A DNA stretch of 62,543 bases, the filler included, from Squatina squatina (taxonomy: Eukaryota): assembly GCA_031763465.1 (NCBI GenBank). It is 3 parts of 3 records of this genome, joined end to end, with 100 filler letters (N's around TTAATTAATTAA, not from the genome) between each part and the next. Parts side by side here need not be neighbours in the genome. Positions count along the whole stretch, not along the records: positions 1 to 21,326 come from JARFOE010000001.1; positions 21,427 to 46,562 come from JARFOE010000013.1; 1 more part is not named here. One strand, 5' to 3'. The notes under the pieces were generated by a model. That model saw nothing but the letters and a program-made list of their open reading frames with translations, was not told where the DNA came from and ran no database searches. Positions within the stretch are counted from its first letter, which is position 1. Each line of letters begins with the position of its first letter. A program made the position numbers and the translations under genes. Positions 11,820 to 24,339 of the stretch are shown piece after piece.

Positions 11820-12505
11820 AAAGGAACAGCATTTCTATAGCACTGTCTATGACCTCAGGATGTCACAAAGCCCTTTACAGCCAATTAAGCGTTTCTGAAG
11901 AGTAGTCACTGTTGTAATGTGGGAAACACGGCAGCCAATTTGTGCACAGCAAGCAACAATGACCAGAAAATCTGGTTTAAGGGTTTGAGGGATAAGCGTA
12001 GACCGGACATCGGGGAGANNNNNNNNNNNNNNNNNNNNNNNNNNNNNNNNNNNNNNNNNNNNNNNNNNNNNNNNNNNNNNNNNNNNNNNNNNNNNNNNNN
12101 NNNNNNNNNNNNNNNNNNCATTTCTTCGCAATAGTGCCGCGCAGACTTCCCTGTAAGCTGCATGGTCGCACAGCCGCACAGTGCTCCAGGGATTCCGCGC
12201 AGCCTCCTTGCCGGGTTTTCAATGCAAAAACCGCGCATGCGTGATATTTTGAATGGCCCGCGCAGCCCCTTAAAGGGACCACGCGGCACCTTAAAAAATT
12301 TACAGGGAACATTGGTGCCGTGGGATCTTTTACATCCACCTGAGAGGGCAGACAGGGCCTCGGTTTTAAATCTTATCTGAAAGACGGCACCACCAACAGT
12401 GCAGCACTCCCTCAGCGTCAGCTTACATTACACGCTTAGATCTCAGGAGTGGGGCTTGAATTGAACCTAGAGGCGAGAGCGATACCACAGAGCCCAAGCT
12501 GACAC
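11820..12505 (-). mobile_element. Deu-domain SINE interrupted by a gap and by a GC-rich hAT-like MITE (12119-12314)
   Basis: SINE tail at 11820-12018 and SINE head at 12315-12505; the intervening DNA ends in ...acagggaacattg (reverse complement caatgttccctg, a TIR-like end). Confidence 0.65.
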
Positions 12506-13117
12506 ATCTAACATTGAGGGGAGAAATTGGACAGTCCCCCTTCCTGAAATAAGTGTATAAAGACAGGTTTATCCTGCCTGGTGGTCTTCAAAATGTGTAA
12601 CTTTCTTAACGCTTATCCTCTCTGAGAGAGAAGGAGAAGGAGAGAGAGAGATGTCCCTCCGAAGCAGTGAGTTGCCTTTAGTCTGCTCAACATGATGCCA
12701 ATCTCCTGAAGCCCTGCTCTTCATCAAACTGAACATCGCTATGGTTTTAATTTCATTAGTAACAGCGATTGTGTTAAACATCTGCTAACACAAAATTGAC
12801 TGATTACTCATGTTGACTGTCAGAACAAACAATTAACAGGGGAAGGTCACTCTTTGATTTTGTTTGCTGACTATGGCAGGTCGCTGACAGAAACTTATGC
12901 ATTGTCAGTGAATTAGAATTCATATTGTGCTATCTAAAGGATTTTATGATGTTAATGAGGACCCACGGGCATTTACCAAGGACATCCTACAATTACTGTC
13001 ACTTGTGTGTTTGATTANNNNNNNNNNNNNNNNNNNNNNNNNNNNNNNNNNNNNNNNNNNNNNNNNNNNNNNNNNNNNNNNNNNNNNNNNNNNNNNNNNN
13101 NNNNNNNNNNNNNNNNN

Positions 13118-13630
13118 GATAATGGGAACAGCTTTTCTTTGTCTACCTTAACCAAATCGGTCATAATCTTCATCAAATCTCCCCTCAACCTCCTTTGCTC
13201 CAAGGAGAACAACCCCAGCTTCACCAACCTAACCGTGTAGCTAAAATCCCTCATCCCTGGATCCATTCAGGTAAATCTCCTCTGCACTCTCTCAAGGACC
13301 TTCACGTCCTTCCTAAAGTGTAGCAACCAGAACTGGACACAATACTCTAGTTGTGGCCTAGCTAGAGCTTTCTAAAAAGGTTCAGCACAACTTCCCTGCT
13401 TTTGTACCCAATACCTTTATTTATGAAGCCCAAGATCCCATATGCTTTGCTAACTACTCTTTCAATATGTCCTGCCACCTTCAAAAGGTTTATGCATATG
13501 AACCGCCAGGTCCCTCTGTGCCTGAACACTCTTTACAACTGTGCCATTATGACAATATTGCCTTCCCCATCCCTTCTACCAAAACGCATCACCACACACT
13601 TCTCTCTATTAAATTCCATCTGCATGTCCT
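13118..13630 (-). mobile_element. CR1 LINE ORF2 fragment
   Basis: PGMRDFSYTVRLVKLGLFSLEQRRLRGDL and QMEFNREKCVVMRFGR motifs. Confidence 0.9.
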
Positions 13631-13647
13631 GTTGACCCAAAATTATA

Positions 13648-13778
13648 TAGAGATAGATAGAGAGAGCGAGAGGGGGCCAGAGAGAGAGAGAGAGAGATGG
13701 GGCAGAGAGAGAGAGAGAGAGAGGGGGCAGAGAGGGGCAGAGAGAGAGAGATGGGGCAGAGAGAGAGAGATGGGGCAG
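13648..13778. repeat. GA-rich compound microsatellite (gagaga..tggggcag)
   Basis: Directly visible. Confidence 0.9.
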
Positions 13779-14953
13779 NNNNNNNNNNNNNNNNNNNNNN
13801 NNNNNNNNNNNNNNNNNNNNNNNNNNNNNNNNNNNNNNNNNNNNNNNNNNNNNNNNNNNNNNNNNNNNNNNNNNNNNNTATGTGACTCCAGTCCCACACC
13901 AACATGGTTGAATCTTAACTGCCCTCTGAAGTGGGTCTGGCCACTTGTACCAAACCGCTAAGCCATAAATGGCGGTCTTGCCAGCAGCCCCCATATCCTG
14001 AGAATGAATAAATAATAAGGATAACGGGTGACAGCCCACACTTGTTCTAAACTGGGATTTAACTGGAGCTATTTTGGGGAGCCTCCCATTCCACGTAAAT
14101 GGGATTTATGCCAAAGTTATGGTGGTGGAGAGGGGGATTCCCCAAGGGAATTCCCTACCCAACCCCCCAACTCCCTTATGTGTCCTTGCACTCTCCTGCT
14201 CAAGGTCAGTGCTGAGGGGACCTCTCAGCGGCCACCACCACTCCAGAAAAACGTGGTGAGGAAAGACAATTCAGCTTCAACATGAAATCTTCAGCAACGT
14301 CTCCTTCATTCAGCTTACCATTTTGTTTCATCCCTTTCGCCCAACAGCTTCTTCAAGGCTAATAATGTTATGAAGTTCAGCTACTCCAGACCAATCAGAA
14401 GAGGGCCAAAGGATCCTCAGAATGAATTTGCTGTAAGTGCCTCTTTATCCATTGAAACATATCTCTGGAACACAAGCCGAGCAGAATTCATTGCAGCCAC
14501 TGATTATTTGCTTTGTGTGTAATTTGATAAAAGCTTTCTTAGCTGCCTCTGTCTAACTATAAGATCATGAGAAGTAGGAGCAGGAGTAGGCCATTCGGCC
14601 CGTCGAGCCCGCTCCGCCATNNNNNNNNNNNNNNNNNNNNNNNNNNNNNNNNNNNNNNNNNNNNNNNNNNNNNNNNNNNNNNNNNNNNNNNNNNNNNNNN
14701 NNNNNNNNNNNNNNNNNNNNGGATTAGAGTAGGCGGTTCATGTGGAGAAAAACATTGATACAGAATTGATAGGCCGAATGGGCTGTTTCTGAGCTGTAGG
14801 CTCGATGTAACAAATAGCTAAGAATAACAATTGTGGGTCCAAATTCTGATGTCCATGTGATGAAGCGATCGAAAGGAAGAACTTGGTGAACCTTTGTGAA
14901 AGTACCACAACAATGCGTGTACAAGACAATCTCAACATTAATCATGGACGTAC

Positions 14954-15103
14954 CCAACTCCTAGCATAAACAGGTGAGTTATCAGAAGAGAGGGAATGAG
15001 GAACACTACGAACTCGGAACTGAAGATTCCTCCTTTCTTCATCACGCTGGTCTTCCGTACACTCAGACTCGAGGAATATTTAGGGTGTTTGAATATAAAT
15101 TCC
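14954..15103 (-). CDS. BNIP3: Penultimate exon (conserved domain plus transmembrane helix) of a BNIP3/BNIP3L-family mitophagy receptor gene; paralogue unresolved
   Basis: Acceptor ttcttctttttcaccactcgtag|G, then [50 protein letters not shown], then donor GG|gtacgt; 150 bp, phase 2-2. Aligns without gaps to recalled BNIP3 [50 protein letters not shown]. Confidence 0.88.
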
Positions 15104-15344
15104 CTACGAGTGGTGAAAAAGAAGAAAAACCATTTGTCACTTCCTTTATAGTTAAAGCACGACATGGATACTTAATTTAACCTGAGCCCCAGTAAGTGTT
15201 AGATTTTAGACACCCAAGTGTTCAATAGATAGCCCAATCCAGCTTCTCGCAGGAACGTCGATTTATACCAGAGTTATATCCGAATTCCAAAGGTTAAATT
15301 ATGAGGAGGGATTACAAAAATAAGCTTGTATTCCCTGGAATTGA

Positions 15345-15708
15345 GAAAGACTTGCAATTACATAGCACCTTTAACGACCACCAGACAATCTCAAAGCGCT
15401 TTACAGCCAATGAAGTATTTTTGGAGTGTAGTCTCTGTTGTATTGTAGGAAACACAACAGCCAATTTGCTCCCTGAAGCTCCCACAAACAGCAATATAAT
15501 GACCAGATAATCTGTTTTTTTAATAATGTTGATGGAGGGATAAATATCGGCCAGGACACGAGGGATAACTCCCCTACTCTTCTTGGAAATAGTGCATGAG
15601 ATCTTTTACGTCCACCTGAGAGGGCAGACAGATTTTGGTTTAGCGTCTTGTCCAAAAGGACAGCACTTCCAACTGTGCAGCACTCCCCTGGAGTGTCAGC
15701 CTAGATTT
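15345..15708 (-). mobile_element. Deu-domain SINE
   Basis: aagacttgcaatta...aaagcgctttacagccaatgaagt...atcttttacgtccacctgagagggcagac. Confidence 0.8.
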
Positions 15709-16444
15709 NNNNNNNNNNNNNNNNNNNNNNNNNNNNNNNNNNNNNNNNNNNNNNNNNNNNNNNNNNNNNNNNNNNNNNNNNNNNNNNNNNNNNNNNNNNN
15801 NNNNNNNNGATGGGGCCTGATATCCCAGTTCCCCGCCAGGCTTGCTCGGTTAATATTACCCCATCCCACCCCCCGGCCGACATCCCTCACCTTGACCAGA
15901 ACACAGAAACACATGAAAAAACACATGAGTTATCTTATTCTAAGTAAAAGAAAAGCTGTACGTGTTTTGGAAGGGCATTTTGGTAGTCAAAGGATTTATG
16001 ATTAGATTGTTTATGTTGTACTATGTTAAAGGCAATATATAGTTGCACATTGTTGTTAACAGTGGTGTCCCCTAAAGCAAGATAAACCCTAATTTTGTCC
16101 AATAATGACTGTGTGCTGTTGTGGTATGTATCTCGGTGTGTAGCGACAGGGTGGTGGGAGGGGGTTGGTGGTGGGAGGGGCTGCCAGATTCTTCTCAGTG
16201 GAGTGCTAATGCAGGCTGACTGAGTGTCTACATGACAGGCTGCACGAGCTCCCTACTGCGGCCTGTGCACAATGACCTCATTCTCCTCACTGCTCGCCTC
16301 AGTGTCCTACATAGGCTGGATTACACTGTGAAAGAAAAAAAATTNNNNNNNNNNNNNNNNNNNNNNNNNNNNNNNNNNNNNNNNNNNNNNNNNNNNNNNN
16401 NNNNNNNNNNNNNNNNNNNNNNNNNNNNNNNNNNNNNNNNNNNN

Positions 16445-19309
16445 ATAGAAACATAGAAATATAGACACACAGAAACATAGACACACAGAAACATAGAATC
16501 ATAGAAGCATAGAAACATAGAATCATAGAAGCATAGAAACATAGAATCATAGAAATACAGACACATAGAAACATAGACACTTAGAAACATAGAATCATAC
16601 AAACATAGACACATAGAAACATAGACACATAGAAACATAGAAATATAGACACATAGACATGTAGAAACATAGATACATAGAAACATAGAATTATAGAAAC
16701 ATAGAAACATAGACACATAATAACATAGAATTATAGAAACATAGACACATAGAAACATAGAATTATAGAAACATAGGCACATAGACACGTAGAAAAATAG
16801 GCACATAGAAACATAGAATCATAGAAACATAGACACATAGAAACAGAGACACATAGAAAAATAGACACATAGACACGTAGAAAGATAGATACAAAGAAAC
16901 AGAAACATAGACACATAGTAACATGGACACATAGAAACATAGAATCATAGAAACATAGACACATAGAAACATAGACACATAGAAATATAGAAACATACTA
17001 CCATAGAAACATACAAACATAGAAATATAGACATGTAGAAACATAGACACATAGAAACATAGACACATAGAGACGTAGAAACAGAGACACATAGAAACAG
17101 AGACACATAGAAACATAGACACATAGAAACATAGGCACATAGAATCATAGAAACATAGATACATAGAATCATAGACACATAGAAACATAGACACATAGAC
17201 ACGTAGAAACATAGAAACATAGACACATAGAAACAGAGACACATAGAAACATAGAAGCATAGAAACATAGACAGGTAGAAATATAGACACATAGATAGCT
17301 AGAAATATAGAATCATAGAAATATAGACACATNNNNNNNNNNNNNNNNNNNNNNNNNNNNNNNNNNNNNNNNNNNNNNNNNNNNNNNNNNNNNNNNNNNN
17401 NNNNNNNNNNNNNNNNNNNNNNNNNNNNNNNNAAACACAGCATCATAGAAACACAGCAACATCGAGACATAGAAACATCGACACATAGAAACACAGAAAC
17501 ATAGAAACACAGAAACACAGAAACATAGAAATATAGAAACACAGCATCATAGAAACACAGAAACATCGAGACATAGAAACACAGAATAATGGAAAGATAG
17601 AGACATAGACACACAGAATCATAGAGACATAGAAACACAGAAACATAGAAACATAGAAACACAGAATCATAGAAACACAGAAACATTGAAAAGCATAATC
17701 ATAGAAACATAGAAATACAAAAATCATAGAAACATAGAAACACATAATCATAGAAACATAGAAACACAGAATCATAGAAACATAGAAACACAGAATCATA
17801 GAACCGCAGAAACAGAGAAATGCAGAATCATAGAAACACAGAAACAAAGAATCATAGAAATACAGAAACATAGAAACACAGAATCATAGAAAGTTAGAAA
17901 CACAGAAATATAGAAACAAAGAATCATAGAAGCAAAGAATCATAGAAACAAAAAAACAAAGAATCATAGAAACATAGAAATATAGAAACATAGAATCATA
18001 GAAACACGTAAACACAAAATCATAGAAAGATAGAAACATAGAAACACAGAAACATAGAGACATAGAAATATAGCAACATAGAAACACAGAAACAGAGAAA
18101 CACAGAATCATAGAAACACAGAAACAAAGAATCATAGACATACAGAAACATAGAAACACAGAATCATAGAAAGATAGAAACATAGAAACACAGAAACATA
18201 GAGACATAGAACTATAGCAACATAGAAACACAGAAACAGAGAAAAACAGAATCATAGAAACACAGAAACAAAGAATCATAGACATACAGAAACATAGACA
18301 GTTAGACACACAGAAATAGAGAAACAAATAATCATAGAAGCAAAGAATCAAAGAAACAAAAAAACAAAGAATCATAGAGACATAGAATCATAGAGACACA
18401 GAAATATAGAAACATAGAATCATAGAACCACAGGAATATAGAAACATATAAACACAGAATCCTAGAAAGATAGAAATATAGAAACACAGAAACATAGAGA
18501 CGTAGAAATATAGCAACATAGAAACACAGAAACATAGAAACATAGAAACATAGAAACACAGAAACATAGAAACACAGAAACATAGAAACACCGAAACATA
18601 GAAACATAGAAACACCGAAACATAGAAACACCGAAACATAGAAACACAGAAACATAGAAACACTGAAACATAGAAACACCGAAACATAGAAACATAGAAA
18701 CACAGAAACCCCGATACACAGAAACACAGTAACATAGAAACATAGAAACACAGAAACATAGAAACACAGAAACAGCGAAACACAGAAACACTGAAACACT
18801 GAAACACTGAAACATAGAAACACCGGAACACAGAAACACAGAAACATAGAAACACCGAAACACCGAAACACAGAAACATGGAAACATAGAAACACAGAAA
18901 CACCGAAACACAGAAACCCCGAAACACAGAAACACAGTAACATAGAAACATAGAAACACAGAAACATAGAAACACAGAAACATAGAAACACTGAAACACC
19001 GAAACATAGAAACACTGAAACATAGAAACACAGAAACACAGAAACAAAGAAACACAGAAACACAGAAACACCGAAACACCGAAACACAGAAACATAGAAA
19101 CACATAAACACCGAAACACAGAAACCCCGATACACAGAAACACAGTAACATAGAAACATAGAAACACAGAAACATAGAAATACAGAAACACCGAAACACA
19201 GAAACATAGAAACACCGAAACACAGAAACATAGAAACATAGAAACACAGAAACACCGAAACACAGAAACCCCGAAACACAGAAACACAGTAACATAGAAA
19301 CATAGAAAC
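16445..19309. repeat. Octamer tandem array (CATAGAAA)n = (TTTCTATG)n with variant units; one internal 100-N gap and gaps on both sides
   Basis: Continuous 8-bp periodicity with variants CATAGACA, CATAGAAT, CACAGAAA, CACCGAAA, CACTGAAA. Confidence 0.97.
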
Positions 19310-19689
19310 NNNNNNNNNNNNNNNNNNNNNNNNNNNNNNNNNNNNNNNNNNNNNNNNNNNNNNNNNNNNNNNNNNNNNNNNNNNNNNNNNNNNNNNNNNN
19401 NNNNNNNNNGCTGTTAATGATCCATTTTTTTCATTAATTAACCACAACTGGTGCTGTCAGATTTATAAGTAATATTAGCATATCAAACTGTACATTATTA
19501 ATGATATAAAACCTTTATTAATACTAATTATAATCATATGCCATGGATTTTCAGTTTCTGCAGGCAAAATGGGTGGGATTGTGGAATGCAATTCTGAATA
19601 CATCAGTAAAGTTCTCCAGCACTTAAAATGGAATTGGATTTAAACCAGTGGCCCTAGCTACCAGTGGTTGGAATCACAGAATAGCTTTA

Positions 19690-20142
19690 GGGGCACGGTA
19701 GCATAGTGGTCATATTACTGGACGAGTAATCCAGTGATATGAGTTCTAAAACAGGAGCAGCGTTGGTGGTCCAGAGTCATGAGTTCAAATCCTAGATACA
19801 GTAGCTAGGGAACTTAAATCTAATTCAATAAATCTGGAATTAAAAAGCTAGTATCAGCAATGGTGACCATGGAACTGGCAGACTTTTGTTAAAACCCAAT
19901 CTGGTTCATGGATATCCTTCAGGGAAGGAAATCTGCTGTTCTTACCCGGCCTGGTCTGCACGTGACCCCAGACCCACAGCAATGTGGTTGACTCTTAACT
20001 ACCCTCTGAAATGGCCTAGGGAGCCACTCAGTTGTATTCAAGAAGGCGGCTCACCACCACCTTCTCGAGGGCAATTAGGGATGGACAATAAATGCGGGCC
20101 TTGCCAGCGATAACCACATCCGGTGAAGGAATAAAACAAAAT
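19690..20142 (+). mobile_element. Second tRNA-derived SINE family with LINE-derived tail
   Basis: Head ggggcacggtagcatagtgg...gagttcaaatcc; tail agggcaattagggatggacaataaatgcgggccttgccagcg. The same tail occurs at ~4170-4275, 13880-14015 and 61440-61520, and the head at ~53000-53060. Confidence 0.75.
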
Positions 20143-20337
20143 CCCCCAAAAACATCAATAACATACCAAAATCCTAAGTCATAAAATGGAACTCGACTTA
20201 TTTGTCAATATTTTTGGCTGTGGATATCAAACTTACTATTATCATGATAAATATTTAACGCATCTACAAGAACATCGAAAAAATAAGAAAAGAGAAGAAA
20301 GTGTTTTTATATGCAAATAGAACACTCTGGAAATACT

Positions 20338-20470
20338 CAGCAGTTAGCCTGACATCGGTAGTGGGGAAGATGCTAGAGTCCATTATAAAAGATGTAACAG
20401 CAGAGCACTTGGAAAAAAGTGACAGGATCGGTCCAAGTCAGCATGGATTTACAAAAGGAAAATCATGCTT
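20338..20470 (+). mobile_element. CR1 LINE reverse-transcriptase fragment
   Basis: VSLTSVVGKMLESIIKD...SQHGFTKGKSC. Confidence 0.92.
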
Positions 20471-20629
20471 NNNNNNNNNNNNNNNNNNNNNNNNNNNNNN
20501 NNNNNNNNNNNNNNNNNNNNNNNNNNNNNNNNNNNNNNNNNNNNNNNNNNNNNNNNNNNNNNNNNNNNNNCACCGCAACTCCCCCCCACCCCCACCCCAA
20601 ACTGCCTTCCTCCTTAAAATTCCAGCCAT

Positions 20630-21220
20630 AGAATCCTTGGTTTTATTATTAGAGGCATAGAGTATAAAAGCAGAGATGTTATGCTAAATCTTTGTAAAAC
20701 ACTGATTAGGCAGGAGTATTGTGTTCAATTCTGGGCATCAGACTTTAGGAAGGATGTCAAGGCCTTGGCGAGGGTGCAGAAGATATGGTACCAAAGATGA
20801 GGGACTTTAAGAAGATGTGGAGAAACTGGAGTTGCTCTCCTTAGAGCAGAGATGGTTAAGAGGAGATTTGATAGAGGTGTTTCAAATTATGAACGGATTT
20901 GATAGAGTAAATAAGGAGAAACTGTTTTCAGTGGCAGAAGGGTCGGTAACAAGAGGCCACAGGTTTAAGGGGATTGGCAAACGAAGCAGAGGCAACATTA
21001 GGAAATAAATTACGCAGTAAGTTGTTATGATCTGGAATGCACTGCCTGGAATGCCTGAAAGGGTGGTAGAAGTAGATTCAATCGTAACTTTCAAAAGGGA
21101 ATTGAATATATATTTGAAGTGAAACAATTTACAAGACTATTGGGAAAGAGCGGGGGGGTGGGGCGTCACAGGTATGAGGGGCCGAATGGCCACCTCCTGT
21201 GCTGTATCATTCTTTGATTT
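20630..21220 (+). mobile_element. CR1 LINE 3' fragment
   Basis: EKLELLSLEQRWLRGDLIEVFQIMNGFDRVNKEKLF...TRGHRFK, then 3' UTR gggccgaatggcc...tgtgctgtatcattct. Confidence 0.88.
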
Positions 21221-21326
21221 ACCAAGTTATTACCTTGATCACTAATACAAACTTCACATCCATACAAGTACGTTGAATGCTGAATTAAGCGTGTGATTTC
21301 ACTGAGATTCATGTTGTTACTACACA

Positions 21327-21426
21327 NNNNNNNNNNNNNNNNNNNNNNNNNNNNNNNNNNNNNNNNNNNNTTAATTAATTAANNNNNNNNNNNNNNNNNN
21401 NNNNNNNNNNNNNNNNNNNNNNNNNN
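21327..21426. other. Artificial scaffold linker (44N-TTAATTAATTAA-44N)
   Basis: Six-frame-stop palindrome at 21371-21382 centred in Ns; total 100 bp. Confidence 0.95.
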
Positions 21427-21974
21427 CCCTCCCATTTCCTAAAAACCTATAATGTGTCTAAAACTGGAAGATTTCATGTCAGATTCCTTTCAGGAGAGGC
21501 AGAGCTGATCTGAAGCCTGCCACACTGGTGCAAAGCATTTGAAAACCAGCATGTCACAATGTTTTATAGATCGTTACTCAAAATGCTTTTATTTCAGTTC
21601 TCGCTCGGTCCAGCGGAGGATACCTTGCCATTAAAATGACACTGAATGTATAAAAAAATCATGTTTTTCAGAAATCGGATGACCTGTCCCTGTCAGAAAA
21701 GTCCAAGTGAATTTGATTTAAAGGCTGCGCTGGCATTGAATTCTTGTAAAAGCAAGTTGGAGAAGTTGAGAAGTAAATGAACTTAACAGAACTTTGTCTG
21801 AGTGTTTTTGTTTTGCTTCCCATGCAGTGCAAAGGGTTACAGACAGTAAGCTAACTCTGTTCCAGATGATCAGCAGCCATCGGTATTGAGAGGTTTTGTT
21901 TTCCCCTCGATCCCCTTGAGCGGCTGTGCGGGGGAGGTGCTGAGTGCAAGGCAGACACAGGCTCACAGCAAGGG

Positions 21975-22264
21975 AGAGAATAAAAGGATTCGATTGGAAA
22001 GATAAAGAGAAACTTCTTCCTTTGGTGGGTGAATCTAGAACCTGTAGGCATAATCTTAAAACTAGATCTAGGCCAATTAAGAGTGAAATCAGGAAGCACT
22101 GTTTCACACAAAAGGTACTGGGAATCTGGAACTCTCTTCCCCAGAAGGCTATGGATTAGAGTTATAGAGTGATTATGGCACAAAAGTAGGCCATTCAGCC
22201 CATCGAGTCCATGCCGGCTCTCTGTAGAGCAATCCAGTCAGTCCCACTCCCCCGCTCTATCCCC
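21975..22264. mobile_element. Two CR1 3' fragments (plus strand 21975-22155; minus strand 22160-22264)
   Basis: IKGFDWKDKEKLLPLVGESRT...FTQKVLGIWNSLPQKA, then ggccattcagcccatcgagtccatgccggctc. Confidence 0.75.
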
Positions 22265-24339
22265 NNNNNNNNNNNNNNNNNNNNNNNNNNNNNNNNNNNN
22301 NNNNNNNNNNNNNNNNNNNNNNNNNNNNNNNNNNNNNNNNNNNNNNNNNNNNNNNNNNNNNNNNATAGTGAGACCAATTAATGCAGATTCTTAGCTGCAG
22401 CCGACTAATTTAAGTCAAGCTCGGGATGGGATAGGGGACCTTCTGACCTATATGGCCCAGTTCCACAATGAACAAAGAGTCTTCAAATGAAGACTCTTTT
22501 AATGCGAATCTCACCTGTTAATTATCTCAACAAGCAACATCCTCCTCCCCAATAAAAAAAACCAAAACTGAACAACCTTAGTTGGCATAACTATAATTCC
22601 CTTGGAGACATCAGGAACTGCTTTTTAAATGGTACAGCGAAAAAAATCTTGCAGTCAGTGAATTGTGGTCATTCTAATGCAGTTACCGCTGTCTTGAGAT
22701 TAGGTTACTGGCCCCTTTGAGACAGGCCATGCAGACGACAGGCTGAAAGGGAACTCAAACCAAATTACATTCCGTCCCAATTTGGCCGTAAATTTGATGA
22801 TTGTGTCAGGTGGGAAGCATCTCGGTGACATTGCTCTAATTTGTAAAGCTGTGCATTATTAATCACAAGTGTCAAACACTTTTAGGGGCAATGCGCAGAA
22901 CAATCGCAGGAAACTTAATGAGAGAGTCTCATCATCAGCAGCTCATTTGAGCAGGGAGCCTCACAATCAGCGTCCCCTTCAAAGGGGAAGTCTCACATCN
23001 NNNNNNNNNNNNNNNNNNNNNNNNNNNNNNNNNNNNNNNNNNNNNNNNNNNNNNNNNNNNNNNNNNNNNNNNNNNNNNNNNNNNNNNNNNNNNNNNNNNC
23101 AAGTCCAGTGCTTCAGGATGTTTTCGCTGCAGGTATGTCCCTTTTTCTCTCTCTATCCTTTTCCTTTTTTCTCTCTATTTCTATCTTTCTTGATAGCAGT
23201 GGGGAGGGAAGTGTTAAAACCCAAAGCGTGACGCTTTGGATGGTTGTACCAGCGAAGTGCTGACTAATGGTGATTTGCAGAGGGGAAAAAAGTAAATTAA
23301 AAAAAATAATAATTGCCACTGCTCTCGAGTCCTGGGAGTACCCATCAGATCAGCCAGGCACGATTGGGAATAGTGTTGAACAAATGGTATTTGGCTGAAA
23401 CAGTTAGGAGAGTACCTCCAGGCTAAGCAAGGTTAATAACTGAACATGCCATCAAGGCACTGGGAGAGAGAGAGCGAAAAATCACTGCAGTTGATCCTAT
23501 AATGATAAATGATTGGGGATTTGCCTGGGGCTGTAAACGTTTAAATGTTTAAATGAACGAAACAAGACCTCACAGGCGACTGGAGTAGGATCTGGATAAG
23601 ATTGCCCGGGTGCCCAGTGCAGCGAGAATGAATCTCACCACAGCAGCACTAGATGCTATCTTCAGTCATTTTGAGGGTCTTTTTTATCAATGAGGTTAAT
23701 AGGATTTCCACCATCTAACAAGTGGAAAGTTGGCCCAGGGTAGGGAATGAGCTCAGGGCTTGTGTTCTGATGATTATGCAAATTCATTGAAAACTTTTGT
23801 ACTTTTAAGAGTGAGTGATTCCACACCACCAGACTCGATGAGCCTTAAATTCAGTTGGCCGTGCTCACCAGTTGGAAGTGTGGCGAGGCAGGACTTCCAG
23901 CCATCCGCATCTCAGGGTGCTGTCCTCCTGCCACGGAAATCCTAGGGTCAGTTCCTTTAAATAATGTCAGGTGGGATGTGACTCCTGCCAGAAATTGGGA
24001 AGTATTGCCCAGGAAGGAGAATGGGTGCGGAGGGGTGGGTGAGGTGATGGTGTGAGGGAGGAGGAAGTGTACAGAAGCAGGCGCAGAGCAGGATTTCAAG
24101 ACTTCATCTGGTTAAAGAGATCAAGCACCTGGAGAAGAGANNNNNNNNNNNNNNNNNNNNNNNNNNNNNNNNNNNNNNNNNNNNNNNNNNNNNNNNNNNN
24201 NNNNNNNNNNNNNNNNNNNNNNNNNNNNNNNNNNNNNNNNATCTCTGGGAAATGTTGCTGTGCCTAGCACTTGGCTGAGCCATCATCCTCGGGTTCAAAG
24301 GTTAGACCAGACACTTACATAGAGATAATAATATGAGAA

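Noticed and set aside
14395-14464. Possible last exon of the BNIP3-like gene (DMFQWIKRHLQQIHSEDPLALF-stop)
   Set aside because: It does not match the expected IYIG(K/R)RL tail, has a modest acceptor, and is separated from the upstream exon by a gap.
16445-19309. CRISPR-like or telomeric array
   Set aside because: There are no unique spacers and no cas genes, and the unit is not TTAGGG; it is a simple tandem octamer in eukaryotic DNA.
16299-19447. Long Cys/Phe/Val/Met-rich ORFs (up to 371 aa) on the minus strand
   Set aside because: They are translations of the stop-free (TTTCTATG)n array in all three frames, not genes.
21371-21382. TTAATTAATTAA as a homeodomain site or transposon footprint (also 46607-46618)
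   Set aside because: It is centred in exactly 44 N on each side twice, so it is a synthetic linker.
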